A DNA stretch of 43,354 bases from Candidatus Fermentibacteraceae bacterium. Lineage in GTDB: Bacteria > Fermentibacterota > Fermentibacteria > Fermentibacterales > JCC-6. The translations under genes were made by a program, and so were the position numbers. This document shows, piece by piece, positions 24,391 through 33,808 of this stretch. The notes under the pieces were generated by a model. The model was not told the DNA's origin and did no database searches. It saw nothing but the letters and a program-made list of their open reading frames with translations. Position 1 is the first letter of the stretch; each line of letters begins with the position of its first letter. The stretch is from assembly GCA_041686025.1 (NCBI GenBank), contig JAWLEP010000024.1:1-43354 (forward strand). The letters are read 5' to 3'.

Positions 24391-26247
24391 ATGGCCCGCG
24401 GAAGGGGCAGGCACATGGAGGCCATCGCACTGGGATGCGGCGAGGGCTGCCCCGCGGGCCTGCTGGACCAGCTGCCCCAGGGGGTCTTCTGGAAGGACCT
24501 GCGGCTGCGCTACCTGGGCTGCAACAGCGTCTTTCTGGACAGGATCGGCCTCGACAGCGCCGAGGAGCTCCTGGGCCGCACCGACTCGCAGCTGCTGGAC
24601 CCGGAGGCCGCCCGCGCCTTCGAGGATACCGACAGGAAGGTGCTGGCCTGCGGCGAGCCGGTAACCGAGGTCTACCGCGAGGAGTCGGCCGGCGGCGAGG
24701 GCCCCCGCTGGATCGAGACCCTGAAGAAGCCCCTGGCCGACGGGAACGGGAAGACCGTGGGCATCCTGGGGATCACCCTGGACGTCACCGACCGGATGGT
24801 CAGCCAGGCGGCGCTGGAGGAGAGCGAGAAGCTCAACAGGGCGGTGATGGAGCACGCTCCCATAGGCATATCGGTCCGTGAGTCAAATGGAAGGCTCCTC
24901 TACGCCAACCGGGCCTGGAGGAAGATCTGGAACCTCTCCGCCGAGGAAGTGGAGAGGGACATGTCCACACCCAGGAGCTTCTTCCGGTTCGACGACAACG
25001 ACACCTATCTGGGAGACTGGATGGGAAGGGTGAGAAGGGTCTACAGCGAGGGGGGCCAGCTCAGCATCCCCGAGCTCCATGTGGACACGCCGCCGCGGGA
25101 GGGCACAGCCCGGTGGATCTCCCACCACTACTACGCCATCAGCGACCACCGGGGAATGGTGGACCGGGTGGTGGTGCTCACCGAGGACATAACCAGCCGC
25201 AAGAAGAACCAGCAGGCCGCCAGGGAAACCGCGGAGCAGTACCGCGCTCTCACCGGCAACCTGCCGGTGGGGATCTTCCGCTTCAGCGTGGAGGGCGGGG
25301 GGCGCCTTACAAGGGTCAACCCGGCCCTGGCCAGGATGTTCGGCATGGAGGGCACCGGGGAGCTGCTGCAGACCGACACCGGGGACCTCTTCGCCAGGCC
25401 CGAGGACCGCAGGCGCCTGGCGGGCATGCTGCTGCGGCGGGGCTCGGTGGAGGCCCAGGAGGTGCTGCTGCGGAAGTCCGACGGCTCCACCTTCTACGGC
25501 GAGGTACACGCCCGGGCGGTGTCGGGGACCGACGACCGGGTGAGGTACGTGGACGGAAGCCTCAGCGACGTCACCGCCCGCAAGACGGCCACCCGCCGCC
25601 TGCGGGCCAGCCTGGAGAGCCTGGGGCGGATGACGGACAGCACCGTGAGCGCCATGAGCCTCCTGGTGGACCAGCGGGACCCCTACACCGCCGGACATCA
25701 GCGGCAGGTGGCCCGTCTGGCCGGGGCAATCGGGCGGGACCTGGGGCTGTCAGAGGACGAGGTGGCCTGCATACGCACCGCCGGCCTCCTCCACGACATA
25801 GGCAAGATGTGCGTTCCCACCGAGATACTCACCAAGCCCGGCAGGATAAGCAGGATGGAGTACAACCTGATCCGCGGCCATCCGACGGCGGGGGCCGAGA
25901 TCCTGGGCAGCATAGAGTTCCCCTGGCCGGTGGCCGATGTGGTGCTCCAGCACCACGAGAGGCTGGACGGCTCGGGCTACCCCCGGGGCCTGAGGGGAAC
26001 CGGGATCCGCATCGAGAGCAGGATACTGGCGGTGGCCGACGTGGTGGACGCCATGTCCTCGCACCGCCCCTACCGCCCGGCCCTGGGGACAGACGCGGCG
26101 CTGGAGATGATCAGGGACGCCGCCGGGACCCTGTTCGACCCCGAGGCGGTGGCCAGCTGCCTTCGGCTGTTCAGCCGGGGCTTCCGGCTCTCCAGCTACG
26201 GGCCCTCCCTCTCCGCCGACCCCATGGAGCGGCTCCGCAACGACTGA
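24391..26247 (+). CDS. PAS-PAS-PAS / HD-GYP cyclic di-nucleotide phosphodiesterase (alternative start 24415)
   Basis: Three PAS-like segments; RDPYTAGHQ, LHDIGK, QHHERLDGSGYP, VADVVDAMSSHRPYR. Confidence 0.92.
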   Translation: MARGRGRHMEAIALGCGEGCPAGLLDQLPQGVFWKDLRLRYLGCNSVFLDRIGLDSAEELLGRTDSQLLDPEAARAFEDTDRKVLACGEPVTEVYREESAGGEGPRWIETLKKPLADGNGKTVGILGITLDVTDRMVSQAALEESEKLNRAVMEHAPIGISVRESNGRLLYANRAWRKIWNLSAEEVERDMSTPRSFFRFDDNDTYLGDWMGRVRRVYSEGGQLSIPELHVDTPPREGTARWISHHYYAISDHRGMVDRVVVLTEDITSRKKNQQAARETAEQYRALTGNLPVGIFRFSVEGGGRLTRVNPALARMFGMEGTGELLQTDTGDLFARPEDRRRLAGMLLRRGSVEAQEVLLRKSDGSTFYGEVHARAVSGTDDRVRYVDGSLSDVTARKTATRRLRASLESLGRMTDSTVSAMSLLVDQRDPYTAGHQRQVARLAGAIGRDLGLSEDEVACIRTAGLLHDIGKMCVPTEILTKPGRISRMEYNLIRGHPTAGAEILGSIEFPWPVADVVLQHHERLDGSGYPRGLRGTGIRIESRILAVADVVDAMSSHRPYRPALGTDAALEMIRDAAGTLFDPEAVASCLRLFSRGFRLSSYGPSLSADPMERLRND

Positions 26248-26972
26248 TCGTCCGGGTCTCCCAGCACCTCCTCCAGGACCCCGGCTATCTCCTCCACGTC
26301 AACCCAGGTGTCGAAGCACTGCCCGTGCAGCCAGCGGTTCAGCTCCCCCCGCACCGGAATGGGGTAGACGTCCAGGATTCCCAGGCTCAGGTCCCGGGGG
26401 CAGGCCACTGCGACTATCATGGCCGGGCGGGCCTCCTCCACCGTCCGGCGGGCGGAGGTGCCGCCGGTGGCCACGGCCACGTCCACGCCCCAGCGGCCGG
26501 CCAGCTCCATCAGATCCCCGATGGGACACCGCCCGCACCTCCTGCAGGCGTCGGGGCGAAAGGTGAGCCGGTGGGGGCACTCGTGGTACTGAAGGCAGTG
26601 GGGCAGCAGCAGCAGCACGTCCGAGGCATCCACCTCCGGCCACCGACCCGCAAAGGACATGTTGTTGATCTGCACCAGCATGCGCTCGGGAACCAGGGGC
26701 TGCAGCCTCAGGGGGCGGGCGAAGATCTTCAGCATCCAGAAGGAGAGCCGCAGCAGGGGAAAAGCCAGGCTGCGGGCCCCCCTGGCCAGCGCCAGCAGCC
26801 CCAGAGCCGGGAGCAGGCCCGCAGCCGCGGCCCAGACCGCCGCTGCCGCCGCGGCGGAGAGGCCGGCCAGCAGAAGCAGGGGGAAGAGGACGGCCCCGGC
26901 CAGCAGACCCAGCAGGGCCAGGCCGGCGGCGAAGAGCCCCCGCCCCACCGAAGGCCTCTCCTCAGCCGTCAT
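26196..26972 (-). CDS. DUF116 domain membrane protein
   Basis: N-terminal TM helices; LLLPHCLQ, CRRCGRCPIG, VATGGTSAR, VAVACPRDL, CFDTWVD; start at ATG 26972. Confidence 0.85.
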   Translation of the reverse strand: MTAEERPSVGRGLFAAGLALLGLLAGAVLFPLLLLAGLSAAAAAAVWAAAAGLLPALGLLALARGARSLAFPLLRLSFWMLKIFARPLRLQPLVPERMLVQINNMSFAGRWPEVDASDVLLLLPHCLQYHECPHRLTFRPDACRRCGRCPIGDLMELAGRWGVDVAVATGGTSARRTVEEARPAMIVAVACPRDLSLGILDVYPIPVRGELNRWLHGQCFDTWVDVEEIAGVLEEVLGDPDDQSLRSRSMGSAEREGP

Positions 26973-27909
26973 GCTCCAGCCTCTCGCCGGGGCGGGGCGA
27001 GTATCCCCGGGCGAAATCGTCTCCCGGCATCCGTCCCCTGGACTGCGGCTGCACACGCAGCAGGCGCACCGCGTCCCGGCCGCAGGCAACCAGGGGAAAG
27101 CCCTCTTCCAGACCGATGATGGTCCCCGGATCCCCGTCCCCCTCCGCGGGAAGGCACTCCAGCACCTTCAGGACGCTGCCCCTGAAACCGGTCCTGGCCC
27201 CCGGCCACGGGCTCAGCGCCCGCACGGTCCGATCCACCTCCGAAGCGGGCCTCGACCAGTCCAGAACCGTCTCCCCCCTCCCCACCTTGTCGGCGTAGGT
27301 GGGCTCTCCCCGCTGAGGCTCGGGGACGATGCGGCCGGCCAGGTAGCCCTCCAGGACCTCCTCCACCCTCTCCCCCGCCATCTCGGCCAGGGCGTCGTGG
27401 AGCGACCCGGCGGACTCCCGGGGACCGATGGTCCTGGGGTAGCACCGCAGCACCGGACCCGTGTCCCATCCGCGGCTGTCGGTGAGCATGAAGCAGAGGG
27501 CCGTCTCCCTGTCACCCTCCATGATGGCCCGCTGTATGGGGGCGGCCCCCCGGTGCCTGGGAAGCATGGAGGGATGCACGTTGACCACCCCGTGGGGAGC
27601 GGTCTCCAGGAGCTCCTTGGGCATGTAGAGGCCGTAGGCGGCGCAGAGCATGACCTGCGGGTCCAGGGCGGACAGGCGGCGGAGGAATCCTGCGTCACAC
27701 GCCTTCTCGGGCTGAAGCAGGGGGATGCCCAGCCCCATGGCCTCCCCGGCCACCGGCGGCTGACGCATTCGGCGCCCCCTTCCCGCGGGACGGGGGGGAC
27801 GGCTCACCGCCGCCAGGAGACGGAAACGTTCGGAGAGGTGGAGGGCCCTGAGGGCGGGAAGGGCGAACTCGGCCGTGCCCAGGAAGACCACACCGGGCAG
27901 GGGGCTCAA
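26962..27909 (-). CDS. fmt: Methionyl-tRNA formyltransferase
   Basis: VFLGTAEFA, PAGRGR, AAYG, NVHPSMLPRHRGAAPIQRAI, DTGP, RALSPWPGA; TTG start overlaps the def stop. Confidence 0.95.
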   Translation of the reverse strand: MSPLPGVVFLGTAEFALPALRALHLSERFRLLAAVSRPPRPAGRGRRMRQPPVAGEAMGLGIPLLQPEKACDAGFLRRLSALDPQVMLCAAYGLYMPKELLETAPHGVVNVHPSMLPRHRGAAPIQRAIMEGDRETALCFMLTDSRGWDTGPVLRCYPRTIGPRESAGSLHDALAEMAGERVEEVLEGYLAGRIVPEPQRGEPTYADKVGRGETVLDWSRPASEVDRTVRALSPWPGARTGFRGSVLKVLECLPAEGDGDPGTIIGLEEGFPLVACGRDAVRLLRVQPQSRGRMPGDDFARGYSPRPGERLEHDG

Positions 27910-28433
27910 GCCAGCTGCCCCCTTCTGGCGGCCTCCTCGCGGATGGCGGACAGCTTGCCCCGGAGCAGGCGCTTCTTCACCGGGCTGAGGTGGTCGATGA
28001 ACAGGACCCCGTTCAGATGGTCGGTCTCGTGCTGGACCGCCCGGGAGGCCAGCCCGCCCAGCTCCAGCCGGAAGGGCCGGAGATCCTCGTCCAGGGCTTC
28101 CACCGCCACGGTGGAGGGGCGCCTGAAGCTCTCGTAGATGCCGGGGATGCTCAGGCAGCCCTCCTCGTGCCTGGCCTCCGCCCCGGAGGTGGTCAGCTCC
28201 GGGTTCACGAACACACACCTGACCCCCAGCTCCGGGAGGCTTCCGGGCCTGAGGATGAACACCCGGAGGTTCTCCCCCACCTGGGGCGCGGCCAGGCCCA
28301 GACCGTCCTCCTGGCGGATGATGCGCTTCATGTCGCCCAGGACGTCCTCCAGCAGTCGGGCGTCCTCCGGCGTCAGCTCCCTGGACTTCCGGCGCAGAAC
28401 CGGGGAGCCCAGCAGCTGGATCTCGCGGGGCAT
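27906..28433 (-). CDS. def: Peptide deformylase
   Basis: GLGLAAPQVG, EGCLSIPG, QHETDHLNG. Confidence 0.97.
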   Translation of the reverse strand: MPREIQLLGSPVLRRKSRELTPEDARLLEDVLGDMKRIIRQEDGLGLAAPQVGENLRVFILRPGSLPELGVRCVFVNPELTTSGAEARHEEGCLSIPGIYESFRRPSTVAVEALDEDLRPFRLELGGLASRAVQHETDHLNGVLFIDHLSPVKKRLLRGKLSAIREEAARRGQLA

Positions 28434-28434
28434 C

Positions 28435-28890
28435 CTATTCCCCTTCTTCGCCCTGCTTCACCGTAACCGAGTCCTTCTCCACGTCTACCTTGACGCCGTC
28501 GGAAATCCGTATGGTGAGCACGCTGCCCTTGATGTTGGTGACCACGCCGTGTATGCCGCCGGAGGTCACCACCCTGTCGCCCTTGGTCAGCGACTCGCGC
28601 ATCTGCTGCAGCCTCTTCTGCTGCTTCTGCTGGGGCCGTATGATCAGGAAGTAGAATATGGCCACCATGGCCACTATGGGCAGTATGCCCATGATGCCGC
28701 CTCCGCCGCACATGGCCGGCTGCTCCTGCTGGCCCGACCCTTCGGCCGGCTGCGGCTCGGCCGTCTCCCCCGGCTGGGAGGAAACGGCTTCCCCGCCGGA
28801 GGTCCCGGCGGCCTCGCCCGCTTCCGACCCGCGCCCCTGCGCCAGCCCGACGGCCATCACTACAAGCAGAACTGCTGTTGCTTTTCTCAT
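28435..28890 (-). CDS. yajC: Preprotein translocase subunit YajC with N-terminal extension
   Basis: FYFLIIRPQQKQQK...LTKGDRVVTSGGIHG. Confidence 0.92.
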   Translation of the reverse strand: MRKATAVLLVVMAVGLAQGRGSEAGEAAGTSGGEAVSSQPGETAEPQPAEGSGQQEQPAMCGGGGIMGILPIVAMVAIFYFLIIRPQQKQQKRLQQMRESLTKGDRVVTSGGIHGVVTNIKGSVLTIRISDGVKVDVEKDSVTVKQGEEGE

Positions 28891-28975
28891 CTCAACTCCC
28901 GTGGATGCCCGGGCCGAGCCCGGGTTGTGTGACTCGAATCAACTCCCCTGCCGAAAATCCGTTCCTGCCATGATA

Positions 28976-29878
28976 TCATCTTATCCGTCCGCCCCGTACC
29001 GGGCCGGTCCTGCCCAGCCCCGGCAGCGCGGCCCGCAGGCCCAGCCAGCTTCCCGCAAGCCCCACGATTCCGCCCAGGCCCACCACCAGCAGGCTCCATT
29101 CGAGGGGTAGGAAGCGGTGTCCGATGGTGCCCTGGAGCATCTGCGAGGCCAGCGCCACCAGGGCCAGCCCCAGGGCGGACCCTGCCAGTCCCGACACCAG
29201 CCCCTCCACCAGATAGGGGGTTCTGACGAACCAGCCGGAAGCACCGGATATGCTCATGATCTGAACCGTCAGCGACCGTCGGGAGACCGACAGGCGAACC
29301 GTGTTGGCCACCACCAGGGAGATGCTCACCACCAGCACCAGTCCGGCGAAAAGGTCCAGCCTGGCCAGGGCCGATACGGTGTCGGACAGGTCTGACAGAT
29401 ACTCCTCGCCGTAAACCACGTCAACGACGCCCTCCATCCCGGCCACCGTCCTGGCCAGCTCCTCCATGGCCGCAGGCGACTGTCCGCTCTCCGCAGGGGT
29501 TATCTGCAGGGAGGCGGGCAGACGGTACTCGGAGCTGAGGAGGTCCAGCATCTCCTCCCGCCGGGTGAACTGGGAGCGGAAGATGGCCTCCGCCTCCCGG
29601 GGGGTGACGTAGTAGACCGACCTCACCTGCTCCATGCCCGCTATCACGTCTCCCATGGACCGGGCCGCCTGGGGGGAGAGGCCCTCCTCCAGAAAGGCCT
29701 CCATCCCGATGGACTCCCTCTCCCGCTCCAGCATGGAGCCCAGGTTCGCCGTAACCAGCAGGAAGACATCGAAGACCACGAAGGAGAGGCTTACCATCAG
29801 CAGGGTGACCAGCAGCGAGGACCCCCTTCCCCTGAGGTTGAGCCAGATCTCCCGGAAGACCATTCTCAGCAGGGCCAT
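28976..29878 (-). CDS. ftsX: Cell division permease FtsX
   Basis: TM-periplasmic-3TM layout, LPASL, VANTVRLSV, GASGWFVRTPYLVEG; coupled to ftsE. Confidence 0.9.
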   Translation of the reverse strand: MALLRMVFREIWLNLRGRGSSLLVTLLMVSLSFVVFDVFLLVTANLGSMLERERESIGMEAFLEEGLSPQAARSMGDVIAGMEQVRSVYYVTPREAEAIFRSQFTRREEMLDLLSSEYRLPASLQITPAESGQSPAAMEELARTVAGMEGVVDVVYGEEYLSDLSDTVSALARLDLFAGLVLVVSISLVVANTVRLSVSRRSLTVQIMSISGASGWFVRTPYLVEGLVSGLAGSALGLALVALASQMLQGTIGHRFLPLEWSLLVVGLGGIVGLAGSWLGLRAALPGLGRTGPVRGGRIR

Positions 29879-30558
29879 CAGCCCCCCATCCCGGGCCAGA
29901 AGCCGGGGTCGCTGAGCCGGCCCCTGTCCAGGAACAGCATCCGGGCGGTCCCCTCGGGGATCTGCCGGGGGTCATGGGTGGCCATGACCACGGCCGTCCC
30001 GCCGCGGTTGATGTCCAGAAGGAGGTCAACGATCATCCTGGAAACCCCGGGGTCCAGGTTTCCGGTTGGCTCGTCGGCCAGGAGTATCGGGGGATGGGAC
30101 ACCATGGCCCGGGCGATGGCTATCCGCTGCTGCTCGCCGCCGGAGAGCTCGTGAGGGTAGGATATCCTCCTGTGGCTCAGCCCCATCTCCGCCAGCAGCT
30201 CGAACACCCGCCTGCGGATCATGCGGGGCGCGGTTCCCGCCACCTGCAGCGGAAGAGCCACGTTGTCGTACACGGTCCTGTCGGGGAGCAGGCGAAAGTC
30301 CTGGAACACTATACCCAGCTTGCGCCGCAGCAGGGGCAGCTCACGCCGGGTGATCCCGTCCGCCCGAAAGCCGGCCACCTCCAGGGTGCCGGTATCGGGG
30401 AGGATGTCCATCCACATCAGGCGAAGCAGGGTTGTCTTGCCGGCGCCGCTGGGGCCGGAGACCACCAGGAACTCGCCCTCGGCCAGCCCCATGGTCACGT
30501 CCTCCAGGGCCGGCCAGGTCCGGTACCGGTAGCTCACTCCATCCATGGAGACCAGCAA
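29878..30558 (-). CDS. ftsE: Cell division ATP-binding protein FtsE
   Basis: GPSGAGKTT, LRRKLGIVFQDFRLL, LSGGEQQR, ADEPTGNLD. Confidence 0.93.
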   Translation of the reverse strand: MLVSMDGVSYRYRTWPALEDVTMGLAEGEFLVVSGPSGAGKTTLLRLMWMDILPDTGTLEVAGFRADGITRRELPLLRRKLGIVFQDFRLLPDRTVYDNVALPLQVAGTAPRMIRRRVFELLAEMGLSHRRISYPHELSGGEQQRIAIARAMVSHPPILLADEPTGNLDPGVSRMIVDLLLDINRGGTAVVMATHDPRQIPEGTARMLFLDRGRLSDPGFWPGMGG

Positions 30559-30560
30559 GC

Positions 30561-30818
30561 CTAGTCTCCGTCCAGCTCCGTGTACAGCTCCCTCCGCCGC
30601 CGTCGGGAGACCTGGCGCGTTTCGGGTATCCTCTCCACCCGCAGCACCCTCCTGCTGCCCCGCGAGCCCTCCACCTCCAGCAGGTCGCCTGCGGAGACGT
30701 CAGTGGCGGGCTTGGCAGGAGAGCCGTTGATGGTGACGTAGCCTCCGTCGCACGCCCGCTTGGCCCTGCTGCGGGTCTTGATGATGCCCGTCAGCTTCAG
30801 GAAGAGGTCGATCCTCAC
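30561..30818 (-). CDS. S4 RNA-binding domain protein (YabO/RqcP/Hsp15-like)
   Basis: MRIDLFLKLTGIIKTRSRAKRACDGG...AKPA. Confidence 0.88.
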   Translation of the reverse strand: MRIDLFLKLTGIIKTRSRAKRACDGGYVTINGSPAKPATDVSAGDLLEVEGSRGSRRVLRVERIPETRQVSRRRRRELYTELDGD

Positions 30819-32086
30819 GGGCCGTCATCCCCTTCGGCGTATACCAGAACGGGGATCTCCGCACGGAGAGAGTCTATCAGGCTGCGGTACTCGTTCTCGT
30901 AGGCCACCGACCTAACCAGCTCGTCGAGAAAGGACTCCGGATACTGGGAGAAGTCTATGCCGCCCTCGGCGCTCTCCTCCACCCGGAAGACCGCTACCGC
31001 GGTGCCGCCCGAGAGCATCACCGGCTCGCTGATCTCCCCGGACTCCAGCCCCGCAAGCGCATCGGCCACCTCCGGCATCCAGCCCCGCACCAGCACGGTT
31101 CCCAGATCGCCTCCCCGGTTCCTGGTGTCGGGGTCGACGCTGTGCTCGGCCGCCAGCGCGGAGAAGTCCGCCCCCTGCTCGGCCAGCGAGGCCAGGGAAT
31201 CGGCCCGCTCCATGGTTCTGACCACGTCGCCGCTCTCCCCCTGTACTCCCCGCAGGATGTGGCTGGCCCGGATGCTGTCCTCCGCCAGCACCGTGTCCAC
31301 CCGCACTATGTGCACGCCGTAGGGGGTCCGGAACGGCCGGCTCACCTCTCCGGCGTCCAGGGAGAAGGCCACCGCCTCGAAGGTGGGGGTCATCTCGCCC
31401 CTACCGAATGCGCCCAGGTCGCCCCCCTGCTGCGCCGAAGCGTCCTCGGAGAGGCGCCGGGCCTCGTCGGCGAAACCGGTCTCCCCCGCCAGTATTCGCT
31501 GCCTGGCCGCTTCCAGGGTGTCGAAGGCTGCGGAGCTGCTCTCCGCGGAGGGAAGGACCGGCAGGTAGATCCAGGAGAGCCTGCGGGGCATTGCCACCTG
31601 CTCCACCAGGTCGGGATGGCTCTCCAGGTAGCCCCGGGCCTCGGAGGGAAGGCCGCTCATGACCCGGGAGGTCCGGTAGCGCAGGTAGTCCGAGACCGCC
31701 CTGCCGTCGGCCACCACCTCCTCGGTCCTCCTGCGGAACTCCGCCATGCTGAGCCCGGAGGCCGCCAGCGCCTCCATAAGCTGTCCCTCCCCGCCGAAGT
31801 TGGCGCGGACGCTGTCCATCCTGGCCTCGGCCATCTCTTCGATCTCTCCCTGGGAAGGATAGAATCCCGCCCGCCTGGCCGCCTCCAGCAGCAGCTTCTC
31901 CTCCACCAGCTGGTTCAGGGCCCGCATGTAGGCGGGTTCACCGGGCCGGGCCACTCCGTCCCTTCCGGTGCCCGCCAGAAGCTCGGTGACCTGGCTGTGC
32001 AGCACGGGCTCGTCGGCCACCACGGCCACCACCTCGTCCAGCAGCCCGGAGCCGGTCAGCGTTAGCGCAAGCAGAAGGGCAATCAT
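30815..32086 (-). CDS. SurA-like parvulin PPIase (two PPIase domains)
   Basis: DEVVAVVADEPVL, SEDASAQQGGDLG, FRTPYGVHI, ASHIL, GGDLG; start at ATG 32086. Confidence 0.88.
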   Translation of the reverse strand: MIALLLALTLTGSGLLDEVVAVVADEPVLHSQVTELLAGTGRDGVARPGEPAYMRALNQLVEEKLLLEAARRAGFYPSQGEIEEMAEARMDSVRANFGGEGQLMEALAASGLSMAEFRRRTEEVVADGRAVSDYLRYRTSRVMSGLPSEARGYLESHPDLVEQVAMPRRLSWIYLPVLPSAESSSAAFDTLEAARQRILAGETGFADEARRLSEDASAQQGGDLGAFGRGEMTPTFEAVAFSLDAGEVSRPFRTPYGVHIVRVDTVLAEDSIRASHILRGVQGESGDVVRTMERADSLASLAEQGADFSALAAEHSVDPDTRNRGGDLGTVLVRGWMPEVADALAGLESGEISEPVMLSGGTAVAVFRVEESAEGGIDFSQYPESFLDELVRSVAYENEYRSLIDSLRAEIPVLVYAEGDDGP

Positions 32087-32922
32087 ATGTTCAACCTCCA
32101 CCCGGAATCGATCTCCACGTCTATGCTCATCGCGGCTACGTCCAGCAGGCTGTCCAGACTGGCCTGCAGCCTCCTCTCGTACAGGGGGCCCGAGAGGCTT
32201 CGCACCAGCCTGGCGGTGTCCTCCAGCGGCCTGGTCTCGGTGACCAGGAAGAGGTGCCAGCCCCGGGGGGAGCCGCATACGGGGCTGAGACCCTCCAGGC
32301 GGGAGAGGGTATCGGGAAAGCCCCTGAGAACCAGCTCTCCTCCGGTGAGGAAACCCATGTCGCCGCCGATTCCCGCCCGCTGTTCCATGGACATCCTCTG
32401 GGCCGTTATCTGGAAGCTCTCGCCCCAGCCCAGCCTTGCCCTGATGGACTCGGCGGCGGCGCTGTCCCCCACCAGTATCTGGTAGAAGTGCCGCTCCACG
32501 CCGTAGGCGAGACTGTCGGAGGCCACCACCTCCAGCACCTCCCGCCTTCCCGGCGGATGCACCTCCTCGAAGACACCCGTGAGCAGGCGGTCCCGGAGAA
32601 GCACCTGCCGGGCACGCTCCATGGCCAGACGGACGCCTTCGGGGTCGGTGATCCCCAGCGACTCGGCGTACTGGGCCAGGAGCTCGTCCCTGACCCACGC
32701 CTGCACTCCGGCGCTGTCCAGCCTGGCCAGGCTGGCCTGGTCGCGGAGGAGGGGCCTGCCCCCTACCGAAGCCACCACCTGCCTGTCGATGACCTCCGGC
32801 GGGCTGCACTCCCCGTCGGCCGCCCGCTCTCCCAGAGCGTCCGACACCAGGAAGGCGGTTACGGCCAGAGCCGCGACTCCCAGCGCCAGCGCCCCCCGGG
32901 TAAGAAGGTCCTGCCTGCTCAA
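32083..32922 (-). CDS. Parvulin-type PPIase-like protein
   Basis: N-terminal TM, QILVGD...A, GGDMGF, SPRGWHLF. Confidence 0.8.
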   Translation of the reverse strand: MSRQDLLTRGALALGVAALAVTAFLVSDALGERAADGECSPPEVIDRQVVASVGGRPLLRDQASLARLDSAGVQAWVRDELLAQYAESLGITDPEGVRLAMERARQVLLRDRLLTGVFEEVHPPGRREVLEVVASDSLAYGVERHFYQILVGDSAAAESIRARLGWGESFQITAQRMSMEQRAGIGGDMGFLTGGELVLRGFPDTLSRLEGLSPVCGSPRGWHLFLVTETRPLEDTARLVRSLSGPLYERRLQASLDSLLDVAAMSIDVEIDSGWRLNI

Positions 32923-32961
32923 GTGAGCGGTCCCTTCGAGTTGCGCCGCCCGACCACCGGG

Positions 32962-33786
32962 CTAGAAATGCTCAAGCAGCCTCTCGGGGTGGATGTTCAC
33001 CGAGTACTGCTGCTCCAGATGGTCGATCTGGTCCAGTATCTCGGCCTGCTGGGCCTCCTGGGTGAGCTGCATACCCACCAGCTGCGCTATCTCCTGGCCG
33101 GTCAGCGAGTCGCTGCGGGGCCTGCTCTCCAGCCTCTGGATGACGTGGTAGCCCATGGGGGTCTCCACCACATCGCTCAGCCCGCCGTCCTCCAGGGAGA
33201 ATGCGGCCTCCTCGAAGGCCATGGCTGCGTCACCGCGCTGTATCCATCCCAGGTCACCGCCGTCCTCACTGCTGGGGCAGAGGGAGTACTGGGACGCAAG
33301 CTCGTCGAAGTCCCGCCCGGCCCGCAGGCGGGTGAGTATGGCCGAGGCCAGTGTCGGGTCGTCCACCAGTATGTGCCTGAGCCGAAGCTCACGGTTGTAG
33401 CTGTCCTGCCAGGTGGATACGTAGTTCTCCACCTCCATCTGGGATACCTGCAAGTCCTCCATTATCCTCTGGAGGTAGGCCTCTATGAGTATCTGGCGGC
33501 GGGCCTGCTGCAGCGCTTCCCGCACCATGGGGTCGGACTGCAGGTTCTGGTTCTCGGCGGCCCGCACGATAAGCTCCTCGCGGACCCAGCTCTGAAGCAG
33601 CTCCATGGCTTCCATGTCGTTGGCCACCTGGAGTACGTCGGCGTTCTCCTCCCCGCCCACCATCTCCAGCAGGTCCTCCCAGGTCAGTGTCGCATCGTCC
33701 ACCGAGGCGAGCACCTCCTGGGAGGATGCCGGGCCGGCCAGGGCCAGCAGGGAGACCATCATCAACGCTGAGGATAAGAAACGCAT
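32962..33786 (-). CDS. Parvulin-type PPIase (PrsA-like)
   Basis: Signal peptide; RHILV, FDELASQYSLCPS, GGDLGWI, ETPMGYHVI. Confidence 0.9.
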   Translation of the reverse strand: MRFLSSALMMVSLLALAGPASSQEVLASVDDATLTWEDLLEMVGGEENADVLQVANDMEAMELLQSWVREELIVRAAENQNLQSDPMVREALQQARRQILIEAYLQRIMEDLQVSQMEVENYVSTWQDSYNRELRLRHILVDDPTLASAILTRLRAGRDFDELASQYSLCPSSEDGGDLGWIQRGDAAMAFEEAAFSLEDGGLSDVVETPMGYHVIQRLESRPRSDSLTGQEIAQLVGMQLTQEAQQAEILDQIDHLEQQYSVNIHPERLLEHF

Positions 33787-33808
33787 GTATGCTCCAATCG
33801 AAGCGTGA

